DNA of 64,000 nt from Blasia pusilla. Lineage: Eukaryota. Within the stretch, counting starts at the first letter, position 1. Each line of letters starts with the position of its first letter. Positions 32,801 through 43,838 of the stretch are shown in pieces. Below the pieces are notes generated by a model. That model had not been told where the DNA came from and made no database searches. It saw nothing but the letters and a program-made list of their open reading frames with translations. The stretch covers positions 7,874,001 through 7,938,000 of the forward strand of contig CM114271.1 of assembly GCA_050084515.1 (NCBI GenBank), given 5' to 3'. Made by a program: the position numbers and the translations under genes.

Positions 32801-35800
32801 CCCTATTGTTGGATTTGATCCATTCTGCATCCAACAGTTGCATTGTTGTTGGTGCACATTGGACCACTTCCCAACAATCCTTATGACAACAAAGGATCTT
32901 CATTTCAAAAGACCACTTTCTCCAATTAGTAGCGTCTAATTTCTTGCTAACCCAGTGATCTATATCACTTCGTGGGTCCATAACCTAAAAGAAAAACAGG
33001 AGTAAACAAATACTGACTTTGATTACAGAGCTAATTTGTTTCTCCAAGCTCCAAGAAGTTACAGCAGATTACAGATACATGGAATAGCTTCACAGACGTC
33101 AAATAGGAAAGGAAACTCTGTACTTACCAAAACATGAGAGAGATCTGATTGATCTACTACTCATAAACTTCCTCCCTATAGGAAGAAGAGACTCTCTACA
33201 CTATTGATGCCTTTCCAAGCAGCACACTATCTCCTCCAGCAGCAGGTCCTCCAAAACATCAACTCCTTCTATCACAATAGGTCAGCCACCCAAGCTGAGG
33301 GGCAGCAATACTGAAGTTCGCAGGTCCAGGAGCTGGGAATAGTAGAGAAGAGAATAAGAGTGCTCTGGTAAGCCTCTTGCTCTTATAGGATAGCCCCTGG
33401 CTATCTTAAACCCTAAAAGTCTTTAACTAAGGCTAAAGGAGGCTATTATGAAACCCTAAAGGTTTTTAACTAAGACTAAAAAAGCTATTGCGAAAACCTA
33501 TAGGTAATAAACCTAAAAATAGAATTTTACTTATAGATAAAAAAAGTAACTTTTCATAGTAAAAAACAATTTTTTTTGCTCCTGATCTTACAGTTGCAAT
33601 TTCAACAAACCAAACACTTTCAATCTAGAAATGTCAGGTTTCTTACCAGACCAGCTCTTACTCTTCTGGAGTTACATTCTTCAAGGCCGCTGTGGGACTG
33701 ATGTTCCTCAGATAATTCGCTGTCATGATAGCTGCTCCCCAGAATTCTTGACCAAGCTTGGCATGTTGCAACATGCTCAAGGCTTTCTCTTGCAAGGTTC
33801 TATTCAACCTTTCAGCTACTCCATTTTGGTGGGGGCTGTCACGTGCCGTAACATCTTTTAATATCCCCTTGGCTGAGAGATATGCTTGAAAGTCTTTACT
33901 TGCATATTCTCCTCCTCCATCAGACCTAAGTCTCTTCACTCTTCGTTCAACTTGCCTCTCTGTCATATTGACAATGACAACAAATTTCTCTAGAACTTGA
34001 GCCTTGCTGATTATCAGGTACACAAAGCTCTTTCTACTCTTGTCGTCCACAAATGACACAAAATAGCGTGCTCCTCCTAGTGACTTTACAGGCATTGGTC
34101 CACACACATCAGAGTGAATCAAGTCCAATAATCTTTCAGACCTGTTAAGTGACCTTCTGGGAGCGGGTGACTTGTGAGCTTTCCCTTGCACACAAGCCTC
34201 ACAGAACTCAAGCTTCTGTGACTTCTCAATCTCCACACCACATGACATTCCTTGCAGAGCTCGAATGCTGTGTTCCGATAGGTGCCCCAATCTGCAATGC
34301 CACAGATTCAGCAAGCTCCTATTCTCAGTGAGATTTACCTGTTCCTCTGGATCACATTCCAGCAGTTTGAACAAATTTCCTTGTACCACTCCTCGGCACA
34401 AGACTTTCCCGTTTCTTTCAAGTGTGCAAGTCTGGTTTGAGTTCCAGAAGTGCACATCAATTCCTGCCTCCAATAATTTCTTAACTGACAACAGATTTTT
34501 TATGTAATCTGCAACATATAACACTCCATGCAGCTGCCATTTCATCAATTTGCTTTCATCAGCACTGAAGAAAATAGAAACTGAGCCAAACCCTCCCACA
34601 GGACTTAACAATCCAGAAGCACTTCTCACGTGATGATTACTTGCTGGTTTTAGGTCTGAGAACAACTCCTCTTGATAACAGACATGTGATGTTGCACCGG
34701 AGTCCACCCACCATCCACTGCTCCTCTTGAGATCTTTCTCACACGAGGCCATCATGAAAGAACAACAACTTTCATCAGATGTGTATTCAGTAGTCATCAC
34801 TCCAGCAACCTTTGCCTTATCCTTCTCCCTGTAGGAGGTACTTTGCTTCTCCATCAACTTCTCTTGATTCTTGACTGCAGATCCACTCCTTTTAACTTTC
34901 TCTCCCCTTTTCAACTTCTTTGGACAATTGCGAGCAAGATGTGAGAATATGATTGACCAGCAGAAGTATCTCCTTGTACAAAGTCAGAGCTAGCATCAGT
35001 TAGACCATCCATGATTTCAGCTTGTACACAATCAACAAATCAGTTCCTATCTCTATTGCCAAATCAGAGCCCTACCATGATGTGACTCTTCTTACTATCT
35101 AAGAGATACTAAGAAGGATTCTACTCAGCCACACCTTGCACTCACACTACAAGTCCTCACATGTCACCAGCTCAGAGATCAGACATGGCTCACCATTGAG
35201 CACAAACAATCTCCATCAGCATACTAGACAAAACTACCTGCCTTCCAGTGGGGCTCTAGCAAGCACAGCAATTAGTCTCAATCTCCTCTTCCTACTCTCT
35301 GATCACTCTGCAGCAGGACCAAGAGCCTCAGGAGTCCTCACCAAAACTGTGCATGCTGTAGAATTGGCTTCTGCTCTCTAAACAGAGACATTATATACAT
35401 GAGGGTGAGCACTTCTGGCCCTTGGATCTTCTTGAACAGATCCATACCCTAAATAACAGATGGTGGCTAGCCCTAACTCGAGAATTGCCCTAATTCAAGG
35501 TTACCCTAAAAGATAGAGGAACACTAAGTTATCTCTAGCTAACTAAATTAGTATCCAACTAAGTTAGTATTTGACTAACTACTTTTAGGGCATGACTAAA
35601 CTAGATATTAACAAATTTCAACAGTACGGGCTACTGCTGGAAAGGAAAATCAGCAACTGGGCTGAAGAAAAGAAGGTGCGAGCCAGAGGACAAGCAGCTT
35701 TCCGACACTCACATAGCACCCTGGACCACCTTCTCACACTCCGGGTACTGATTGAAAAAACTTCCAAGTCAAGAATTGGTCACAAGCCCGGTAAATTGTT

Positions 35801-38800
35801 CTGCTGTTTTGTAGACTTCAAGAAGGCCTTTGACACAGTCCCAAGGGCGCTCCTTTGGAAACGACTTGAAGAGTTGGGTGTCCCACCACAACAACTTACA
35901 GGTCTTATATGCTCAGGTGTTTGCACAAATTGCCACTAAGAGGGGCAGATCTGAAACTTTATCTTCCAACACCGGAGTCAAACAAGGATGCCCCCTCTCA
36001 CCTACATTGTTTGGACTCTACATTGTCGAACTTGAAGAGGTGCTTTCTGGAGTGAATGGAGATCCACCAGAGCTAGCACACTGCCTCATCCCCCCTGCTC
36101 TTGTATGCAGATGATATAGTTCTAATGTCTAGAACAGCACATGGGCTCTAACTTTACCTGAATGCACTTTCAAGCTTCTGCAACAAATCGGGCATGGAAG
36201 TCAACTTGCTGAAAACGAAGATAATCATCTTTGGATCACAGCTCCCTACGGCGCAGCGGTCACGCACTTTCACCTTCAGCCAGGGACTGAGAAGGGAGAT
36301 CATTGAGATTGTGGGTGAGTACATATACTTGGGGGTGCAACTCAAACCCAACAACCAATGGAGAGCCAATGGGAGTCGCAACAAGATCAATGCAGGCTTG
36401 AGGGGTCTACACCTGCTACAATCCAATTGCAGAAGAATGGAACTGTGGCATATTCCACAGAAACTCCATCTCTTAAAAGCTCTGGTGATCCCAGCCACAC
36501 TCTATGTGGGGCCCCAACTCCAAGGCTTGGCCCCAGGGCCTTGAGGCCCCCCAGAAACTCTTCATGCGTCAGAGTCTGGGCATTAGGAAAACCACTCCCC
36601 ATGACATTCTACTGGCTGAGTTTGGGGAGGTACCAGTGGAGATGCATGCTGTTAAAAATCTGATCACATTACTCCAACACCTTGAGGATATCTGCGAGGA
36701 CGATCCCAATCGTCTATCCGCCAGGGCCTACGTGGTTTCAAAAAGTAGTGCCACCCTTGGGGCTAAAAATTGGTACCATGACTGCACGGAGTGGCTCATG
36801 AAATGGGGAATATCCATCGGTGACCTGCCTCCAGCCACCCACCAGGACCTTGCTGAACAATTACACAACAATTACATTGCCATCAACTGGGGCTGACACC
36901 AGCGTCTCTGGGAAAGCAGGGGGAATTCCTCTCACAAAAATGGTGAAAGAATGAGGCGCTACCACACCCTCATGAACAACTGCAGATCCATGCAGCAAGC
37001 CTCCTACATCTCTGCCCCCATTCCCACTAAGTTACATCATACATTAGACCGATTCAGATGTGGCCCTACTGACCTGGAGATTGAGAAAGGAAATTCTCTC
37101 TGACGAAAATGGAGGGCAGATTATGTAGATTTTGCAACTCGGGGCTTGTTGATGATGAACATCACTACCTCTTCGACTGCACCTTTCACGATCACATTAG
37201 GCTTGACTTCCCGGATCTCTTTGTTCACCGGGCTCCCAGGGTCCTCCCGTTCATGGCTAGGCAGAATCAGACTCAGATTTCTAAATTCTTGCATCGTTGT
37301 GTGAAGACCAGGGACACTCACATGGCTCTGAGGACCCCTTAGGCCCTCACTGGTGCTTGCTCTCTCTCCAAAATTGTTGTTAAGTCTCAATATTAAGTCC
37401 CATGGCCCTGTGGGGTCCCCGTGGACAAAAAATCTATTCATTCATTCATTCTTATTGTCCTTTTGGGTCCCTTGGACACAAAATCAGTTCACTCATCAAT
37501 ATCTATTGTCGAGAACTTTGTCAGGAGGTGCCCCAAAAGCTCCTTTCCAGATTTTGGATTCTATTAAGTTTGTGAAAGCCTATATCTGGGGCGTTGAGTA
37601 TTAAAACCTCTTAGGTTCAACATACAAGCAATATTGCATGTGTTCTGGAAGTAAGAAACCTGAAAGTGGCAAACTTCTTTGTTCATGGCCAACATTTACA
37701 GTTGTGAATGATGAATGATGTGTAAACTAAATATTAACAAATTTCAACAACCACAAGGTAAAATTACCTTGTGGTTGTTGAAATTTGTTAATACTTAGAC
37801 ACTGTGTCAAAGGCCTTCTTGAAGTCTACAAAACAGCAGAACAATTTACCGGGCTTGTGACCAATTCTTGACTTGGAAGTTTTTTCAATCAGTACCCGGA
37901 GTGTGAGAAGGTGGTCCAGGGTGCTATGTGAGTGTCGGAAAGCTGCTTGTCCTCTGGCTCGCACCTTCTTTTCTTCAGCCCAGTTGCTGATTTTCCTTTC
38001 CAGCAGTAGCCCGTACTGTTGAAATTTGTTAATATCTAGTTTAGTCATGCCCTAAAAGTAGTTAGTCAAATACTAACTTAGTTGGATACTAATTTAGTTA
38101 GCTAGAGATAACTTAGTGTTCCTCTATCTTTTAGGGTAACCTTGAATTAGGGCAATTCTCGAGTAAGGGCTAGCCACCATCCGTTATTTAGGGTATGGAT
38201 CTGTTCAAGAAGATCCAAGGGCCAGAAGTGCTCACCCTCATGTATATAATGTCTCTGTTTAGAGAGCAGAAGCCAATTCTACAACATGCACAGTTTTGGT
38301 GAGGACTCCTGAGGCTCTTGGTCCTGCTGCAGAGTGATCAGAGAGTAGGAAGAGGAGATTGAGACTAATTGCTGTGCTTGCTAGAGCCTCACTGGAAGGC
38401 AGGTAGTTTTGTCTAGTATGCTGATGGAGATTGTTTGTGCTCAATGGTGAGCCATGTCTGATCTCTGAGCTGGTGACATGTGAGGACTTGTAGTGTGAGT
38501 GCAAGGTGTGGCTGAGTAGAATCCTTCTTAGTATCTCTTAGATAGTAAGAAGAGTCACATCATGGTAGGGCTCTGATTTGGCAATAGAGACAAGAACTGA
38601 TTTGCTGATTGTGTACAAGCTGAAATCATGGATGGTCTAGTTGATGCTAGCTCTGACTTTGTACAAGGAGATACTTCTGCTGGTCAATCATTTTCTCAGT
38701 GGTATGTGGCAGACTGATTTGCTGAATAGTTGGGAGCGTATACTCTCTCCTTTCCCCCTATCTGCAATTCTTCCCCTATATTCTTCTGATCCCATCCAGT

Positions 38801-41256
38801 TAGTCGCAATGTTCAATCAGTGCCTGGGGTCTTTATTGAAGCATACTTTATTAGTTGTCTCTAAATAAGGACATCATTAGATTTAAGGGCTGACTATGTT
38901 GGATTCCTGCCTGAAGTCTTCCTCTGGTCTTGTTGGAATGGTGTATGACTGGAGCTATATCCCAGTATTTCTATTCAAGAATGCGTTTCATCTGTTTCAA
39001 ACTGGCCCGTAGAGGTTTGGGCCACCCCTGTAACAGATTTGGTTCCATGTAAAGCTATATGGGATACCTTGTGTCCTGCATGGGGTAATGGTGAACTTCC
39101 TGAAATGTTTTGTTTTGCTTTGTTTTCAAATTCATGGACTGGAATTCCCAGTTAAGCATTGCAGATGCTGTCATAGGGTGTCTCAATATGTCCCTCAATG
39201 CTGGAGCAGAGCCACTGGAATTGAGTCGAGTCATACGAATGGATGGGCAGGACATTGTGGGGTAGAAATGCCACCTTGTGTCTAGATTCTAAATGTTGAT
39301 CTAGGGGTTGCAGGGAGAGCTGGAACCCAACAAAAGGGCACACTTTTAAAAAAGAATTGAGACATGAGACCCAAGTAAAACGAGCGGAACCCTCAGGGGT
39401 ATTCAGTACTTTACTGCAGCAGCATCCTGGTGGAGAGTGAGTGCTTCTCAATGGAACAGATAACACTAACTGAACAGAGGAAGAAGCCATGCATATATAC
39501 TTGTGGCTTGGAAGGTGGGGCAGCCTCTGGCTGATGGAGGCTGACCTGAAACGAACTTTAAGATATTTCAAAAAATAGATCTGATAAACTTGTTCCTCTA
39601 AAACAGCTGTCCCTAAACTTAGAAGAGACTTTAGGCATAGCTATGTATCTTTCTTCCTACTGTACTAGATCAGGTCACGGGCAACTACTGTCCATCATTG
39701 CTCCTTCTTTACACAATACAATCCATATGTCTTGCGTTTGGAATGTACTGCTTTCTCAGCACTTTTCTCCTGATGGGTAAAGGTAAAATCACAGAAAATA
39801 CTACATAATTGACTTGAAGACTGGACGCCTTGGTATTGAGATGCCCTAATGTGTGTCATGTTACCCTGCTCTGCGATCTTCTGGAAGTTCTGATTGATGC
39901 AGTAATCATCCTGGCTATATTGCTTAACTCCAGGGCAGCAATTTCAAGTCCGCCTGCCATGGGTTTACTAGAATAGAGGGATGGAAACATTACAAGGATT
40001 GCTCCTGCATGGTGGCTTCCAATGTGATTCTTAATGAATGAAAACCTGCTAGACCAACTTTTTCCTCAACCAGGGAAGTTTTATGGTGCAGTAATAGCAT
40101 GAATGTTTTACAGTCATGGCAGATACCTTGATATGTGAGGTTGGGTGGACTCCGATTTTTTATTTGTGAAAGACTGCATAGTAAGATCTATAGAATCAAC
40201 ACTGAGGATCCGTAGCTTACAAGTACCCTTTCCTCGTGTGAGGATTATGAGAAATCACTTTCTACTTGATCTGGTCTTAGAAGGCAAATTTTCACAGGAA
40301 AAGGCAGCTTAAATTATTAGTTAGCAATGATCTAGGCATTTCACCACTTAATCAGAAAATGAAGTTGACAAAGTAAGAAGTTTGTTTACTGTCCCATCTG
40401 TAGAAAGAATGGGGATTTACTTTCTTCTGACCCATTGAAGGGGTTAGTGATGTGTGATACTCCCAGGTATTCTTCTAATAATGTCTGCAATGAAACTCCC
40501 ATGTCACCAATGGGTCAGACCCTCCTCTTCAACTCAAGTGTTTGGAACTGTGAGTCAACAGTGGTCCAGCCTCAGCTGTGTCATAGGTGAAGTATGGTGC
40601 AGCCTTAAACAGAGACAAAATAGCCGAGCAGGTCATCTCCAATGATCAACTATTGTGCCATGTACATTGGTAGACAATAAGTCTACAACTGCCCAAAGAT
40701 TGAATTCAGTCACCTTTGCCTCCATGTATTTGATGATATTTGAGAGATGCAACGAAGAATGTTGGTAAGTGTAGTGTTCCTTTGGAGGTATAGTCGCCAG
40801 CTCTCCTGTTGTACAATGGACAAGATGGACGTAAACTTACCCTTTGGTTTGCTCCCATGGGTACTGAGTGGAAGAGTTAAAGCCACATGGACACTTGCAT
40901 CTGGAAGGTAATTAGAATCGTGGTCTGGGAATCCTCTTGAATGTATTTGCCTGTTGGACTCGGCCACATTTTTTTCTAACTCGCATTGTTTCTACAGAGT
41001 GGAGGAGGAAATTGCTCATCATTCACAGCTTGTGGAAGCATGCATTAAAAAACAGGAGGAGTGGGAGGCAAGGAAAGTGGAATTGTTGAAGGAGCATCAT
41101 CAGAAGATGATGGATTTTAAGTATCGCCAGTGGGAGCAACTATTTGCATTCGAGGCTGGTTTAGAGCAAGAAAGGATCAAAATCATGAATAAGTTTAGTC
41201 TTCCTGCAATACATGAAGATGTTTTACCTAGCAGTGGAGTGGAAGGAGGTAAATAG
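18824..41256 (+). CDS. SGS3: SUPPRESSOR OF GENE SILENCING 3 homologue; join(18824-20800, 21304-21601, 22064-22308, 22671-22870, 40998-41256), 992 aa
   Basis: KSHSTQKRNKWF, zf-XS (RQWHCPACQGGVGAIDWYRGLQPLLAHAKT..RVKLH), XS (IVWPPMVIIRNT, WIGMGNKEL, KARHAYGPQGHRG, LYGYMA) and C-terminal coiled coil. All introns are GT-AG, phases are compatible, total 2979 nt is open. Start codon taken as the first in-frame ATG. Confidence 0.93.
21304..21601 (+). CDS. SGS3: SGS3 coding exon 2 (XS domain)
   Basis: CAG|TGGATT acceptor; WIGMGNKEL...FNKHSK; G|GTAAG donor. Confidence 0.95.
22064..22308 (+). CDS. SGS3: SGS3 coding exon 3
   Basis: TAG|GAAAG acceptor gives GKQHLKWERKSLREMV; GAG|GT donor. Confidence 0.9.
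22671..22870 (+). CDS. SGS3: SGS3 coding exon 4 (coiled coil)
   Basis: CAG|ATC acceptor; IEDMEALYKSKIEQL...; TT|GTACGT donor (phase 2). Confidence 0.88.
23405..24376 (+). CDS. LINE ORF1 (coiled coil + RRM-like)
   Basis: Open 323 aa; coiled coil, then RELNLVIMGL, RLGK....PAPMLVQF, IRIFPDLT, typical of LINE ORF1p. Confidence 0.82.
   Translation: MASITRRFSELEGKWESFQANQMLAWNTMMQAAKEEQGRWMSSKESNLLEWTAQKTTLELELVALRAENMQLKKDLAACFKEDNTQLGKVMQEYRLTGNSPARPVRTWTEVVGKHTTTTQIKEVATQVAKEVAKEEADRVLEIMDRKTRELNLVIMGLHFSKEEDCNSVLQEKVFTTLGVTPTVTFTGIRLGKGTGDRPAPMLVQFDPSQRGPVMETRLAILRSKAVLKGSAIRIFPDLTTKQRAALPIEREKVLAARNNGLWSELREGKATTPVPRRNKNASPTRQTGGAMSENSDSNQGISNSTTRNQDLEVTNLHDKTSL
24826..25506 (-). repeat. LTR family A, copy 1 (3' LTR of Copia A)
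   Basis: TG...CA, preceded by PPT on minus strand; near-identical to three other copies. Confidence 0.96.
30647..31328 (+). mobile_element. Solo LTR family A (copy 2) inserted in the Copia B integrase
   Basis: TGTTGA...TCTCA, TSD GTATT (30642-30646 / 31329-31333); splits the TDGGGEY|INKQF frame. Confidence 0.97.
32972..32985 (-). promoter_or_regulatory. Primer-binding site complementary to the anticodon arm of tRNA-iMet (half-tRNA priming)
   Basis: GGTTATGGACCCAC immediately after the 5' LTR, one mismatch to GGTTATGGGCCCAC; overlaps the gag ATG. Confidence 0.85.
34942..35623 (-). repeat. LTR family A, copy 3
   Basis: Near-identical to copy 1; joined directly to the gag zinc knuckle (HLARNCPK) with no PBS. 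Confidence 0.96.
37732..37793. repeat. Perfect palindrome, 30-bp arms with 2-nt loop
   Basis: TATTAACAAATTTCAACAACCACAAGGTAA-AA-TTACCTTGTGGTTGTTGAAATTTGTTAATA; each arm contains an LTR-A terminus. Confidence 0.97.
37801..38016 (-). repeat. Inverted duplicate of LINE RT segment 35624-35839
   Basis: Reverse-complement match; the ORF track gives the same peptide (YGLLLERKISNW...KKAFDTV) at both sites. Confidence 0.95.
38017..38698 (+). mobile_element. LTR family A, copy 4
   Basis: TGTTGA...TCTCA; followed by GTGGT, which also precedes the LTR stub at 37776. Confidence 0.96.
40998..41256 (+). CDS. SGS3: SGS3 last coding exon (coiled coil)
   Basis: TTTCTACAG|A acceptor completes the phase-2 codon TTA; VEEEIAHH...ELLKEHHQK...LEQERIKIMNKF resembles the SGS3 C-terminus; TAG ends at 41256. 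Confidence 0.85.
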
Positions 41257-41545
41257 CTGGAAATTATTAAACTCGGGTTTAGAATTTCTGTTGAAGTCAT
41301 TAAGCATGGACTCAGACAGGACCATAGTTCAGTAGCTGAAATATGCTATTTGAAGGTTGGATGTATCATCACCAACAACAGTGTGGGAGCAGAGCAGTAC
41401 TTATTTTGACAGCCAAGAAGGCATGCAAGAGTCTAGGACTCCCGGCATGTGAACAGGAAAGAGACTTCAAAATAACTGCTGGCCTGATCTACACAAAGAG
41501 GTTGACTTCAAGCTCAATGAAGTAGGGTTCAAAAGTCCAAGAGCA

Positions 41546-43838
41546 ACTTTCTCTAATTTGTCGCATCTAGTTTCTTGTTAATCCAATGATCCATATCACT
41601 TTGTGGGCCATAATATAAAATAAACTGAGAAGTAAACAAATACTGACTTTGATGACAAAACTAATTTGTTTCTTCAAGTTCCAAGAAGTCACAGCGGATC
41701 ACAGATACCGTGAATAGTTTCACAATGTCAAATATGAAAGGGAACTTTGAACTTACAAAACAATGAGAGATCTGATTGATCTATTGCTCAAAAATTTCCT
41801 CCTTATAGGAAGAAGAGACTCTCAACATTATTGATGCTTCTTGAGGTAGTACACTGTCTCCTCCAGCAGTAGGTCCTCCAAAACATCAACTTCAACCACA
41901 ATAGGTCAACCACCCAAATGAAGGGGTGGCAGTTAGAAAGTGGGAAGAGAACAAGAGTGCCTCGGGAAGCTTCTTGCTCCTGTAGGAAAGTTCCATGCAG
42001 TGTGAACCCTAAAAGTCCTTAACTAAGACTAAAGGAGGCGATTATGAAACCTTAAAGGATTAGCTAAAAATCTTTAGAATAGATTCTTATTCATAGGTAA
42101 TAAAAGTAACATTTCATAGTAAAAAGTAAAAAGAAAAAAATAAATTTTGTTCTTGATCTCACAGTTGCAATTTCAACATTGCCACTCAACAGAAGTTCAT
42201 GCGTATCCCAATCAACTCCATGCATCTTAGGTGTTTAATCTTGGTGAGAGATTTTGTGAACATGTGAGTTGCCATGTCTTTTGTTGCATAGTGTTCTAAT
42301 TCAATTTCCACTCCAACCTTTTTTCGTATAAAGTGATGTTGTATATCCACGTGCTTTGTTCTCGTATGGTGTATTGGATTCTGGGTTAGATCAATACTTT
42401 CCCGATTATCTGCTTACACTTTTGTAGGTCTTGCTTGATGGCATCCAAAACCATCAAGGAGGGGTCAAAGCCATGTTGCCTTCTTGGTAGCATGTGTTAG
42501 AGCCATGTATTCTGCTTCACATGTGGAAAGTGTCATGGTGGATTTTCTCTTGCTGCTTCAACTAATAGCTCCTCCACACAACAAATAGCAATATGTAGAA
42601 GTAGATTGTCTATTGTCTAGATCTCTTGCCCAATTAGCGTCACTGTAACCAATCAGATCTACTTTTGCCTCTTTGTTATATGTGAGGCAAAAGTCGTGAG
42701 TGCCTTTCAGGTATCTCATCACACCCTCGACAACTTGCCAATGTTGCAAGCGAGGGTTGTGCATGAACCTGATCTAAACTCCCACTGTGTATGCAAGGTC
42801 TGGCCTTGTGGCAACCATTGCATACATAATGTAGCCCACTGCATTTTGATATGGTATTTTAGCCATATCATTCATCTCCAATTCAATTCAGTTTGAGGAC
42901 ACACTCCCTTGGTAAGCTTGATTCCTACCTCCATGGGTGTTCCTACTGGATTATAATCACCCATAGAAAAACGATCGATGACATTCTTCACATATTTGGT
43001 TTGGCTGATCTTGATCCAACCAACATCTCTATTTCTAGTGATTTGTATTCCGAGTAAATAATTGACTTCTCCTAGATCATCCATTTCAAAAGCTTCACTC
43101 AGTCCACGCTTAAGCCTATGCATAGTTTTTAGGTCTTCACATAGGAGTAACAAATCATCTACATACAGAGCTATGTAAACTACAATATTCAACTTGTGAT
43201 AAACACTGGGATTTGCCCTATTCTTGTGAAAACCCAACTTCTGAAAATAATCATCAATTTTGTCATACCAGAGTCTTGATGCTTGCTTGAATCCACATAA
43301 GGCTTTCTTCAGTAACCATACCTTGTCTCCATCCTTGAAACCTTCTAATTGTTGCATGTAAATCTCTTCATGCAATTCTCCATGGAGGAAGGCGGTTTTT
43401 ACATCCATTTGATGTATCTCCCAATTATGCTTTGTTTCCAATGCTAGCAAGCTTCTTATGGAAGTAAATTTTGCTACAGGAGCAAATTGCATAGTCAAGT
43501 CCTTCAATCTAATAGTAGCCTTTGGCAACTAATCGAGCTTAATACTTGACCACCTCATTTGTTAGGTCCTCTTTTCACTTTGACCCACTTGCAACCAATT
43601 ACATTCCTCATGGGTGGCAAATTCACCAACTCAAAAGTCTGATTTCTTTGGAAATATCCCATCTCTTCATGTACCGCTTGCTCCCACTAGATGACATCAT
43701 CTCTATTGAGAGCTTCTTCAAGACTTAACGGTTCATTAGCCTCTAACATTCTTGATGTACAACTTGCATTATCAAAGGCTTGGTAACACACTTCAGCCAG
43801 ATGCGATTCCTCTATGAATCTTTCTTCTTGCTGGTTAG
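41546..43838 (-). mobile_element. Older degenerate Copia B-family fragment (RT-RH, PPT, LTR, PBS, gag start)
   Basis: 42179-43838 is collinear with 28233-29895; LTR 41616-42178 is homologous to LTR-B; 41546-41615 is homologous to the PBS and gag start at ~32915-32985. Confidence 0.9.

Larger units (their letters stand above)
27611..33607 (-). mobile_element. Ty1/Copia element B, full-length and young, nested in the Copia A integrase
   Basis: 622-bp LTRs 27611-28232 and 32986-33607 (TG...TA); TSD AACCA (27606-27610 / 33608-33612); PBS 32972-32985; PPT GAGTGGGAG; gag-PR-INT-RT-RH ORF from 32981 to ~28350, broken by a solo LTR and a late frameshift. Confidence 0.97.
24826..35623 (-). mobile_element. 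Ty1/Copia element A (degenerate; gag N-terminus and PBS missing)
   Basis: LTRs 24826-25506 and 34942-35623 (TGTTGA...TCTCA on minus); PPT AAGAGGGAG next to 25507; PR WWVDSGATSH, LWHCRLGH, IHSDVCGP, QMDVKTAFLNG, LYVDD, FSDASW, TKHID. The frame KVFG|CVGYA is split by Copia B. Confidence 0.95.
22881..37451 (+). mobile_element. Two-ORF LINE (RTEX-like) in SGS3 intron 4, interrupted by a Copia nest
   Basis: ORF1 23405-24376; endonuclease 24380-24825; RT resumes at 35624 (GQAAFR, CFVDFKKAFDTV, GVKQGCPLSPTLF, YADD, YIYLG); C-terminal CRFC...HYLFDC; (ATTC)n tail 37436-37451. The 5' boundary is approximate. Confidence 0.9.

Noticed and set aside
38700-40997. Short ORFs in the distal part of SGS3 intron 4, or the missing LINE segment
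   Set aside because: No endonuclease/RT or other motifs; exon 4 joins exon 5 in frame without them.
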